Source of the DNA: Candidatus Eiseniibacteriota bacterium
Lineage (GTDB): Bacteria > Eisenbacteria > RBG-16-71-46
Assembly: GCA_031366795.1 (NCBI GenBank)
Contig: JANLOX010000286.1
Coordinates: forward strand, 1 to 11,111
Length of the DNA stretch: 11,111 nt
Direction of reading: 5' to 3'
The translations under genes were made by a program, and so were the position numbers. Below the pieces are notes generated by a model, which saw nothing but the letters and a program-made list of their open reading frames with translations, searched no databases and was not told the origin of the DNA. Every line of letters begins with the position of its first letter. The stretch's first letter is position 1. Of the stretch, positions 1-6,588 are shown in pieces.

Positions 1-1081
1 CGCGCTCGGGCAGCAGGTAGTAGCTCTGGATGATGAAGCCGGTCTCGTCGGCACGCGGGCCGCCCATGTTGTTCTGGTACAGGGGCCCTCGCATCCACCA
101 GCCCGGCGTCACGTTCAGGTAACCGACGCGCGGCGTGCCGAGCTTGATGCTCTTGAACTCGGCCTGCGCCACCGAGCGGTCCGACAGCCGGATCGGCGTG
201 GGCTTCTTGAACAGCGCGAGCTGCGGGTTGTTCACGTTGCCCGTGGCCGGCGTGGTCTGCCCGTATTCGATGGCGAGGTCCGTGTCGCGCATGAACTTCG
301 GGCCCCGGGTGAAGTGGTAGCGCGTATCGACGCCGAACACGCTGTTCCACCGCCCGGCGGTGCTGGTGCTGTCGCGTCCTGTCCATGACTCGGAGCGGTT
401 GAGCGTGAGGCCCACTTTGAGCGGGGCGCCCTTCAAGAAGCCACGGCGCAGGCGGGCGACATACATGTCGTCGGTGCGCAACTTGCGCTGGGTGAGCAAT
501 GAATCGACCGGGGCGATCGGGCCGATCGGGTAGGGCGCGTTGCCCTGCGGGAATAGCAGCCCGCCGTAGCTGCGATTGATGGCGTCCTGCGGGTCGAGCT
601 GGTTGCTCTGGTCGGCCGCGATCAGCGTCACTTCGGTGCCGGCCACACCCCATGTGTCGAGCCGGATGCCCTGTGCATCGCCGCGGCCGTTGACGAACGG
701 GATCAGGTAACTGTTCGTCCAGAAGCGGTCCTCCCGCGAGAACAACATCGCCTCGAAGCCGCGCTTGCCGTCCCGGCGCAGCTTGATGTGCGCCTGATCG
801 TACTGGAACTCCGGACGATCCGTCTGGTTGTCGTTGTGCCGCCAGTCCGCCACCGCTTTGACGAACACCTCGGTCCCCGGCGCCGGCGTCGAGACGATCC
901 AGAACCGCGCCGGTGTCGAGGTGGCGTCGTCGTTGCTGTCGAAGTCCCACGGGTAGGCGCGGAAGCTCTTGCGCAGCTCCATCATCAGCTGGTACTCGCC
1001 ATTGAGTGTCGTGGCGGCGTGCACCGCCAGCGGTACCACGCACAGCGCGATCCCCAGTAACCACGCGGCCCGTCGGCGCAT
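1..1081 (-). CDS. Secreted hypothetical protein, probable outer-membrane beta-barrel (3' end runs off the window; 360 codons visible)
   Basis: Not in the ORF track because it has no stop in the window. Hand translation from ATG 1081-1079 is open to base 2: MRRRAAWLLGIALCVVPLAVHA-ATTLNGEYQLMMELRK...LKVGLTLNRS...SVFGVDTRYHF...DLAIEYGQT...GFIIQSYYLLPER. Sec signal peptide (basic N-region, hydrophobic core, VHA cleavage site). Alternating amphipathic strands with terminal aromatics. The ATG overlaps the upstream TGA (TGATG). Confidence 0.8.
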   Translation of the reverse strand, partial: MRRRAAWLLGIALCVVPLAVHAATTLNGEYQLMMELRKSFRAYPWDFDSNDDATSTPARFWIVSTPAPGTEVFVKAVADWRHNDNQTDRPEFQYDQAHIKLRRDGKRGFEAMLFSREDRFWTNSYLIPFVNGRGDAQGIRLDTWGVAGTEVTLIAADQSNQLDPQDAINRSYGGLLFPQGNAPYPIGPIAPVDSLLTQRKLRTDDMYVARLRRGFLKGAPLKVGLTLNRSESWTGRDSTSTAGRWNSVFGVDTRYHFTRGPKFMRDTDLAIEYGQTTPATGNVNNPQLALFKKPTPIRLSDRSVAQAEFKSIKLGTPRVGYLNVTPGWWMRGPLYQNNMGGPRADETGFIIQSYYLLPER

Positions 1082-2052
1082 CAGTGCGTCCCCATAGCGC
1101 CGAACGGCACCCGCAGGCTGACGCGGTACGAAGCGCCCAGGTCATGGCTCGCGGCCGCGGCCGCGTCCAGCGTGTAGCCCTTGTGGAGCAGGCCGAAGCC
1201 GCCGTTGTAGCCGATCTCGGTGGGGCGGCCGTAGTCCTGGTAGATGCGCGCGATGTTCGAGATCCCCGAGCGCACCGCGAACACGTCGAAGAACGACACC
1301 TCCACGCCGGCGCTCAGAGAGCCCACGCCGTACTTGTCCTGCGACCAGCCCATCGCAATCGTGGATTCACGATTCCAGCGGATCGCGGCACCCAGCTGCA
1401 GTCGCGCGCGTTGGAGATCGCCGCCGGTGTTGTCCACGAATTGGTAGCGCGGCTGGTTGATGTCGCGCAGCACGCCCGAGAAATCGAACTTCCACGGCGT
1501 CACCCACTTGATCCCGGCGTCCACGGAGCCCTTGGTTTGCGAACCGAGATCAATCTTGCCCGAGGGCACATCGAAGGGCTGGAAGGCCATGCGCCCGAGC
1601 TTGAAGGTGGCGCCCGCGAGCACGCGGTGCCCGGTGCGCGACTCGAGCACGGTGCGCGCTGCCGAGACGCAGAACTGGTCCTCGCTGTAGACGTTGGCGA
1701 TACCGTAGTGATGCCACGCCAGTCCCCAGCCCGTGCCGAAGCGGCGCGCGGAGCCGGCCAGCGCGCTGGCGCTCAGGTCGGGCACGGCGTAGGGCCGCGC
1801 ATAGTCGATCAGCAGCTCAGGGCGCCGCGTGTCGGCGAGGGCTGCGGGATTCCAGTAGTAGGCCGACGCATCCGAAACCAGCGCGATCGAGGCATCGCCC
1901 ATCGAGATGCCGCGGGCGCCGGTGGCGACGTCCTCGAAGTACGCGGCGGCGGGCAGCGTGAGTGCCGAGAGCGCCAGGGCGACGCACAGACCGAATGCCG
2001 CCGCACTCGCCAGGAGGCGCCTTCGCCCCAAGTGAATCGCACGCCGTATCAT
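1081..2052 (-). CDS. PorV/PorQ-like (UPF0164/FadL-superfamily) outer-membrane beta-barrel protein, 323 aa
   Basis: Start reassigned to ATG 2052-2050, which overlaps the upstream stop as ATGA. Signal peptide ending LPAAA, followed by the family N-terminal motif GARGISMGDASIALVSDASAYYWNPAAL. Amphipathic beta-strands and a C-terminal HDLGASYRVSLRVPF strand. Confidence 0.8.
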   Translation of the reverse strand: MIRRAIHLGRRRLLASAAAFGLCVALALSALTLPAAAYFEDVATGARGISMGDASIALVSDASAYYWNPAALADTRRPELLIDYARPYAVPDLSASALAGSARRFGTGWGLAWHHYGIANVYSEDQFCVSAARTVLESRTGHRVLAGATFKLGRMAFQPFDVPSGKIDLGSQTKGSVDAGIKWVTPWKFDFSGVLRDINQPRYQFVDNTGGDLQRARLQLGAAIRWNRESTIAMGWSQDKYGVGSLSAGVEVSFFDVFAVRSGISNIARIYQDYGRPTEIGYNGGFGLLHKGYTLDAAAAASHDLGASYRVSLRVPFGAMGTH

Positions 2053-3341
2053 CGCACCACCACGATCGCGCGCGTGGAGCGGCAAATGTTCTGCTCCACC
2101 ACGAGGCGCAGGATGTAAACACCGGGGCGCACCATGAGCCCACGCTCGTCGCGTCCGTCCCATGAATCGAAATTCGCATCGGAGGGAGAGAGCACCGGGC
2201 GCGACTGGGTGAGGTAGAGGTTGCGCACGAACCGTCCCTGGGCATCGTAGATGTTGGCCGAGAGGCTCACCTTGCGCAGGGCGTTGAGGGGGTCGCTGGG
2301 GCTCGGCACCGGGTCCAAGGCGGGCTTGAAGTGAACGCGCTCGCCCAGGTCCGGACGGAATGCCGGGCGGTCGACCTCGATCTCCTTGCTGACGCAGTTA
2401 CGCAACCCAAAGATGGGCGGAGGATAGCGGAAAGAAATGCGCGTCAGCGGCGGCACGTTCCAGTCGGCGATGCCGTCGGGGCCCCCGTGTCCCATGCCCG
2501 TGTCGTCGTTCCGGTCGAGTGCCACGTACGCCCAGTTGTCGACGTTGACGGCGACGCCGGCCTCGTTCGACAGCTCGCTACTGGGATCGGGCGCCACATC
2601 GGGGCCGCCGAGCCCATCGCCGCCCGTGGTGATCGCCGCGGCGATCTTGAGTACAGCCCCCTTCGGGATGAGCGGGAATGTCTGGCTGATGCCGCCCACT
2701 GTGATCGTGGTGTCGCTGACGCCCGGGCCGTTGGCCTGGCCGAGGTAGACGGATCTCCACGGAATCCGCAACTCCATCGAGCGGCCGGTGTTGCCCTGGT
2801 CGAAGGTGGCGGCGGAGACGAAGTATGTGCCCGTCTGCTCGTCGTCGACCAGGTCCTTCTCGTTCTGGCGACGGCCCAGGTCGACCACCAGGTGCGGGCT
2901 CAGGTTCTGGTCCCACGTCGCGGCGATCAGTTCGGGGGCGAAGCCCTCACCCCTCGAAACACCGGTGGTGTCGAAGAAAAAGTTGCGGCGCCATGACGTC
3001 AGGTCAGTCATCTTCGATAAGCCGGACCCTTTGACGCTGTCGATCCACAGAATGACGTTATTTCCCCAGATCTTCCCCTCGACCGCGAGATACAGGTAGT
3101 TGGCGTCCCAGGTCACACGGATCTGGTTGACGTCGTTGCTCGAGCCCCACTTGGAGTCGTCGATGGCCTCTTCGGGCGCCTGCGCGCGGAGGTTGTAGCC
3201 GAACACTCGCTCCTGGTCGGTCCACTCGCTGGTGTACCCGTCCGTCTTCATGCGCCCGCTCAGGTCCCGCGCGGTGTCGGCGAGGGACGGCGAAGTCGCA
3301 AGGGCCGTGAGGATTAGCGCAGCAATCGTTCGCCGAATCAT
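2049..3341 (-). CDS. Secreted protein with DOMON/CBM9-like N-terminal domain and C-terminal FlgD-Ig (T9SS CTD-like) domain, 430 aa
   Basis: Start reassigned to ATG 3341-3339, with AAGGA Shine-Dalgarno and signal peptide MIRRTIAALILTALATSPSLA. DOMON-like motifs TDGYTSEW, NDVNQIRVTWDANYLYLAV, ILWIDS, MELRIPW. C-terminal IYDAQGRFVRNL...WDGRDERGLMVRPGVYILRL is the FlgD-Ig pattern. Confidence 0.78.
   Translation of the reverse strand: MIRRTIAALILTALATSPSLADTARDLSGRMKTDGYTSEWTDQERVFGYNLRAQAPEEAIDDSKWGSSNDVNQIRVTWDANYLYLAVEGKIWGNNVILWIDSVKGSGLSKMTDLTSWRRNFFFDTTGVSRGEGFAPELIAATWDQNLSPHLVVDLGRRQNEKDLVDDEQTGTYFVSAATFDQGNTGRSMELRIPWRSVYLGQANGPGVSDTTITVGGISQTFPLIPKGAVLKIAAAITTGGDGLGGPDVAPDPSSELSNEAGVAVNVDNWAYVALDRNDDTGMGHGGPDGIADWNVPPLTRISFRYPPPIFGLRNCVSKEIEVDRPAFRPDLGERVHFKPALDPVPSPSDPLNALRKVSLSANIYDAQGRFVRNLYLTQSRPVLSPSDANFDSWDGRDERGLMVRPGVYILRLVVEQNICRSTRAIVVVR
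3090..3107 (-). repeat. 18-bp inverted repeat, left copy (encodes DANYLY)
   Basis: Plus strand ATACAGGTAGTTGGCGTC is the exact reverse complement of GACGCCAACTACCTGTAT at 3875-3892. Confidence 0.85.
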
Positions 3342-3386
3342 CCGATTCCTTGGGGAAAACAGATGGATAGGGAATGAGGGACCCGG

Positions 3387-3415
3387 ACACTGACGACTTG
3401 CCACACGCTTGTCAA
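3387..3415 (-). promoter_or_regulatory. Candidate sigma70 promoter for the leftward operon
   Basis: Minus strand has a perfect -35 TTGACA (3415-3410), a 17-nt spacer and a weak -10 CAGTGT (3392-3387), about 45 nt upstream of ATG 3341. Confidence 0.4.
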
Positions 3416-3430
3416 CCGCTTCTAGCGGTT
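3414..3430. promoter_or_regulatory. Palindromic operator-like site AACCGCT-TCT-AGCGGTT (LacI/GalR-type core)
   Basis: Perfect 7-bp inverted repeat with a 3-nt spacer. Contains AACCGCTT, matching the LacI-family core AAnCGnTT. Overlaps the leftward -35 box. Confidence 0.45.
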
Positions 3431-3509
3431 CAAGATTGCCTCGCCAACTCGCGCTGGCCATTGAGTTTCTGCAACCTGTGGAGATCCCCCAGGCGCGTGC
3501 TTTGGGCTG

Positions 3510-3538
3510 TTGCGAAGAGGCACTCGCAGGACTAGAAT
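3510..3538 (+). promoter_or_regulatory. Candidate sigma70 promoter for the 839-aa gene
   Basis: TTGCGA (3510-3515), exactly 17 nt, then TAGAAT (3533-3538) in an AT-rich patch, about 120 nt upstream of ATG 3662. Confidence 0.6.
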
Positions 3539-3661
3539 TTTAGTTGACTGGCCCTTAACCCTTGCCCCGGTGCCCCCCTCGGCGCCCGGTCGAGGATCCC
3601 ATTTTCTTCATCTCGCGGGTCCCGCCAACAGGGGTTCTTGAACCGCAACCGGAGGCGCTCC

Positions 3662-6181
3662 ATGAAGCAATTGAGTCGACTGGGACTGCTTACCGTTTGT
3701 TTGGCTTTGGCTGTCGCGCCGGCGTTTGCCGGGGTGCCGCAGACCATCGTCATCGACGGCACGAACGACTTCAACGCGGCCAACCTGATCGACGACGACT
3801 CAGGCGACACGCAGGCCACGTGCGACGGCAACACCACGCGGCCGATGGACCTCGGCAAGGTCTACCTGACGAACGACGCCAACTACCTGTATTTCGGCTT
3901 CGAGTACGCGCGCCACTGTTACGGCAGCATCGATCTCGGTCTGGCCATCGACGTCAATACCCCGGGCGGCGGCGCCACGGATGCCTTCGGGCGCAAGATC
4001 GGCTGGGCGAATGTTCCTAACAAGCCCGATTTCCAGTTGTACGACGTGATCCCCAATCCGGGGAACACCTACAACTATGAAGTGCTCTATCACGATAACG
4101 GTGCCGGCGGCTGGACCGTCGTGCATGACGGCTCCGGCGGTCTGGGTATCGCGGACGCCGACGGCGGCAACTTCGTCGAGGGCCGCATCCTTTTGTCCGA
4201 TCTCGGTGTGACCACCGGATCCACGATCCATTACGAGTGCTGGGTGACGCAGGAAGGCTCGACCAAGGGTCCGTTGGACGCGGCATTCGGCGACGCGGTC
4301 CAGATGTCGCGCTTCACCGCCACCACCTACGACACCGCAGCCGTGGTGCAGATGCCGGGCATGTTCACCTACGTGATCCAGAACGCTATCGATAACACGC
4401 CGCCGACGCTGAGCAGTGCGGTCGCGGTGGGCTTCACGGTGCAGGCGAACAAGACGATCCAGCCGCTCACGACGAAAGTCGATGTCGTCTTCAGCGAGCC
4501 GGTCGATGCCACGACTTCGCAGGTTCCGGGCAACTACGCGTTCGCCGGTCCCTCACCGCGTACGGTGACGACCGCGGTGATCGACGGGTCGTCGCCCAAT
4601 ACCGTCCACTTGACCCTCAATTCGGCGATCGCCGCGAACGCCGCGTTCTATACGATCACCGCAACCGGCGTCAAGGACCTCGCGGCCTCACCGAACACGA
4701 TTGTGGCCAACGGCACCACGAACGTGGCCTCGTTCTTTATCCAGAACGTGGTCTTCAATGGCGACTTCAAGTTGCCATTCTGCCGCGGCGCGTTTGTCGC
4801 ATCGGACTCGATGTATGTCGAGGGCAGTATTTCCCCGCTGACGTTCACGGTGGGTGACAATGCGAAGATGTCGGACGCCAACGCGGACCAGATCTATAAC
4901 GCGACGGTGCCGTTCTCGATGTCAAAGAGCACCGTCACGGGCAAGGCCGAGAAGGGCCTGCTATGGAAGTTCAGCCATACTCCCTCAGCCGACCCGTTCG
5001 AGCCCGGTTCCGACCGCTTCGTGACCCTGAGCAGCGACAGCGGCGCGACCCAGACGCTGAATGGGGTGTGGGGCAACGAGCAGGCGATTGACTTCACCGA
5101 CAAGGCAGTCGACGTGATCTTCCAGGTGAAGGCCACGCTGCCCTACCTCGCGGGCACACACTCACTCTGGCTCACGGGCAGCCAATTGCCGCTGACGTTC
5201 AACAAGCCCGGTATCAAGATGAAGGATGATGGCGTTGCTCCCGACGCGGTTGCCGGCGACAAGATCTATACACTCAAGGTCCGCTTCCCCAAGTGCGCTC
5301 CGAAGAACGTCAACTGGAAGGTCGTCTACGACAGCACCGCGACCGACACCGTGTTCGAGTGCCCGGACCAGGGGAACAGGAACGTGTACGTGAACTCGGC
5401 CGCGTTCGACACGGTGGGCGGCGCGCTCGGAGCGCTGATTTTGCCGGCGCGTGGCGTCAATCGCTGCACCGTGACCGACAAAGCGATCGCCGTTACGTTC
5501 CGGGTGTCCGCGACCTCGGCGACGCCGGTCCCGAGTGCGGCGGATACGATCGCCGTTTGCGGTACCGTGGCCCCGCTGTCTTTCGTGGTGGCACCGCCTG
5601 CCTCGCAGTTCGTCAAGGACAACGGTGTGGCACCCGATACGCGCGCCGGGGACCATCTCTACTACCTGACCGTGACGTTCCCGGATTCCTCTAATACGTC
5701 CGTGGACTACAAGTACTGGTACAACCAGATTCCCCGCGCCGTCACCAACGGTTTTGAGTGCGCCGGTGCGGGCAATCGCAATTTCCAGCTCGACGACTAC
5801 AACAACTCCGTGGCCGTTCCAATGGTTCGGCCTGTCGATATTCTCGATGGTTGCTCGGTGACCGGCGTGGAGCCGGGTCTGGACCCCATCGGTGCGCTGG
5901 ACTTCGCGGTGCTGACCCAGAACACCCCGAATCCCGCCGGGCTCAACTCGCAAATCCGCTTTGCGCTCAAGCAATCGGGCCACACGCAGCTGACGGTGTA
6001 TGACATCACCGGCCGCCGCGTCGCCCGCCTGATTGATGGTCCGTTGAGCGCCGGCCCGCACGAGGCGAAGTGGGATGCGCGCGACGACGCCGGCCGCACA
6101 CTCGGCAGCGGCGTGTACATGTACGAACTCGCGCAGAACGGCAATCGCATGACGCGCCGGATGATCCTGCTCGCCCGCTAA
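3662..6181 (+). CDS. Secreted multidomain protein, 839 aa: DOMON/CBM9-like domain, Ig-like domain, three CBM20-like repeats, T9SS type-A-like/FlgD-Ig C-terminal domain; putative starch/alpha-glucan-binding protein
   Basis: GGAGG at 3651-3655 before ATG 3662. Signal peptide ending APAFA. Domain motifs: IVIDGTNDF...DLGKVYLTNDANYLYFGF...EGRILLSDLG (DOMON-like); DNTPPTLSSA...VDVVFSEPVD...GVKDLA (Ig-like); three internal repeats; C-terminal LTQNTPNP..IRFAL..LTVYDITGRRVARL..WDARDDAGRTLGSGVYMYEL. No catalytic domain recognised. Confidence 0.85.
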   Translation: MKQLSRLGLLTVCLALAVAPAFAGVPQTIVIDGTNDFNAANLIDDDSGDTQATCDGNTTRPMDLGKVYLTNDANYLYFGFEYARHCYGSIDLGLAIDVNTPGGGATDAFGRKIGWANVPNKPDFQLYDVIPNPGNTYNYEVLYHDNGAGGWTVVHDGSGGLGIADADGGNFVEGRILLSDLGVTTGSTIHYECWVTQEGSTKGPLDAAFGDAVQMSRFTATTYDTAAVVQMPGMFTYVIQNAIDNTPPTLSSAVAVGFTVQANKTIQPLTTKVDVVFSEPVDATTSQVPGNYAFAGPSPRTVTTAVIDGSSPNTVHLTLNSAIAANAAFYTITATGVKDLAASPNTIVANGTTNVASFFIQNVVFNGDFKLPFCRGAFVASDSMYVEGSISPLTFTVGDNAKMSDANADQIYNATVPFSMSKSTVTGKAEKGLLWKFSHTPSADPFEPGSDRFVTLSSDSGATQTLNGVWGNEQAIDFTDKAVDVIFQVKATLPYLAGTHSLWLTGSQLPLTFNKPGIKMKDDGVAPDAVAGDKIYTLKVRFPKCAPKNVNWKVVYDSTATDTVFECPDQGNRNVYVNSAAFDTVGGALGALILPARGVNRCTVTDKAIAVTFRVSATSATPVPSAADTIAVCGTVAPLSFVVAPPASQFVKDNGVAPDTRAGDHLYYLTVTFPDSSNTSVDYKYWYNQIPRAVTNGFECAGAGNRNFQLDDYNNSVAVPMVRPVDILDGCSVTGVEPGLDPIGALDFAVLTQNTPNPAGLNSQIRFALKQSGHTQLTVYDITGRRVARLIDGPLSAGPHEAKWDARDDAGRTLGSGVYMYELAQNGNRMTRRMILLAR
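3875..3892 (+). repeat. 18-bp inverted repeat, right copy (encodes DANYLY)
   Basis: GACGCCAACTACCTGTAT; partner copy at 3090-3107 on the opposite strand. Confidence 0.85.
4745..5854 (+). repeat. Three tandem ~110-125 aa protein repeats (approx. 4745-5077, 5096-5464, 5474-5854)
   Basis: Aligned motifs: VVFNG/VIFQV/VTFRV; VEGSISPLTF/LTGSQLPLTF/VCGTVAPLSF; MSDANADQIY/MKDDGVAPDAVAGDKIY/VKDNGVAPDTRAGDHLY; LWKF/NWKV/DYKY; FEPGSDR/FECPDQGNR/FECAGAGNR. Repeats 2 and 3 both begin TDKA. Confidence 0.8.
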
Positions 6182-6209
6182 CTCAGGCGGACAGCAACAC
6201 GGTAAGCAG

Positions 6210-6243
6210 AAGCGGGCCGTCCCGAAGTGGGGCGGCCCGCTTT
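6210..6243 (+). terminator. Probable intrinsic terminator hairpin of the 839-aa gene
   Basis: Stem AAGCGGGCCGTCCC (6210-6223), loop GAAGT, GGGGCGGCCCGCTT (6229-6242): 14 bp with one G-U pair, about 30 nt after the TAA. The U-tract is short (TTT). Confidence 0.7.
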
Positions 6244-6472
6244 GGCTCGCGCGGCGGGGGCGACGCTCGCTGTGATACGCTTGGAACGGTATTGAATCGC
6301 CATCGGGCAGGGACATGTTGAGATGCCACCGCAGCGGGTTCTGTTCCGGCGGTTGCCAGGAACGTTGGAATCACGACAGAGCATCAGCCGCGTATTTGTA
6401 TCCTTGAATGATTGGTCAGAACGAGACTCGCCGTTCCTCGCAAATGTTCGCGAGGAAGCAATCGCGGCATGA
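6241..6472 (+). pseudogene. Degraded minimal nucleotidyltransferase (MNT, pol-beta superfamily) antitoxin gene
   Basis: 6241 onward reads FGSRGGGDARCDT, resembling the MNT motif FGSxARGDxxxDSDxD but without an intact DxD. In a different frame, 6383-6472 reads ISRVFVSLNDWSERDSPFLANVREEAIAA*, a typical MNT C-terminus. No start codon or N-terminus; frameshift between the two pieces. Confidence 0.65.
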
Positions 6473-6588
6473 AACCCGAGGGCGGCCGCCTCTTGGTCAA
6501 GGCCGCACGGGTAATCCGTGCCGCTGAACTCTTGCTTCGCGAGGGTGACCCTGACTTCGCTGCCGCGCGTGCCTGCTATGCCATGTAG
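6469..6588 (+). pseudogene. Truncated HEPN-domain (UPF0332-like) toxin gene
   Basis: ATG 6469 overlaps the MNT stop as ATGA. Reads MKPEGGRLLVKAARVIRAAELLLREGDPDFAAARACYAM*, matching the HEPN N-terminal pattern KAxxxLxAAxxLLxxGxxDFAxxRAYYAMF. TAG at 6586-6588 is followed by in-frame TAE. The C-terminal R-X4-6-H RNase motif is absent. Confidence 0.75.

Noticed and set aside
1006..2118. 370-aa plus-strand ORF, and similar long ORFs at 2331-2996, 5162-6316, 6497-7318, 7373-8317, 8369-9442, 9388-10056 and 9533-10219
   Set aside because: Antisense or alternate-frame shadows of well-supported genes; Arg/Ala/Pro-rich with no motifs, as expected in high-GC DNA.
3342..3461. Upstream extension of the 470-aa ORF, and likewise extensions 2053-2163, 3638-3661 and 7177-7407
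   Set aside because: The downstream ATGs have a Shine-Dalgarno or a stop-start overlap and place the signal peptide at the N-terminus; the extensions run over promoter regions or neighbouring genes.
3549..3565. TGGC...TTGC resembling a sigma54 promoter
   Set aside because: GG-to-GC spacing is 12 nt rather than the required 10.
6586..6588. TAG in the HEPN fragment as possible pyrrolysine or read-through codon
   Set aside because: Similarity fades within a few codons and the frame collides with the convergent peroxiredoxin gene; pseudogenisation is simpler.
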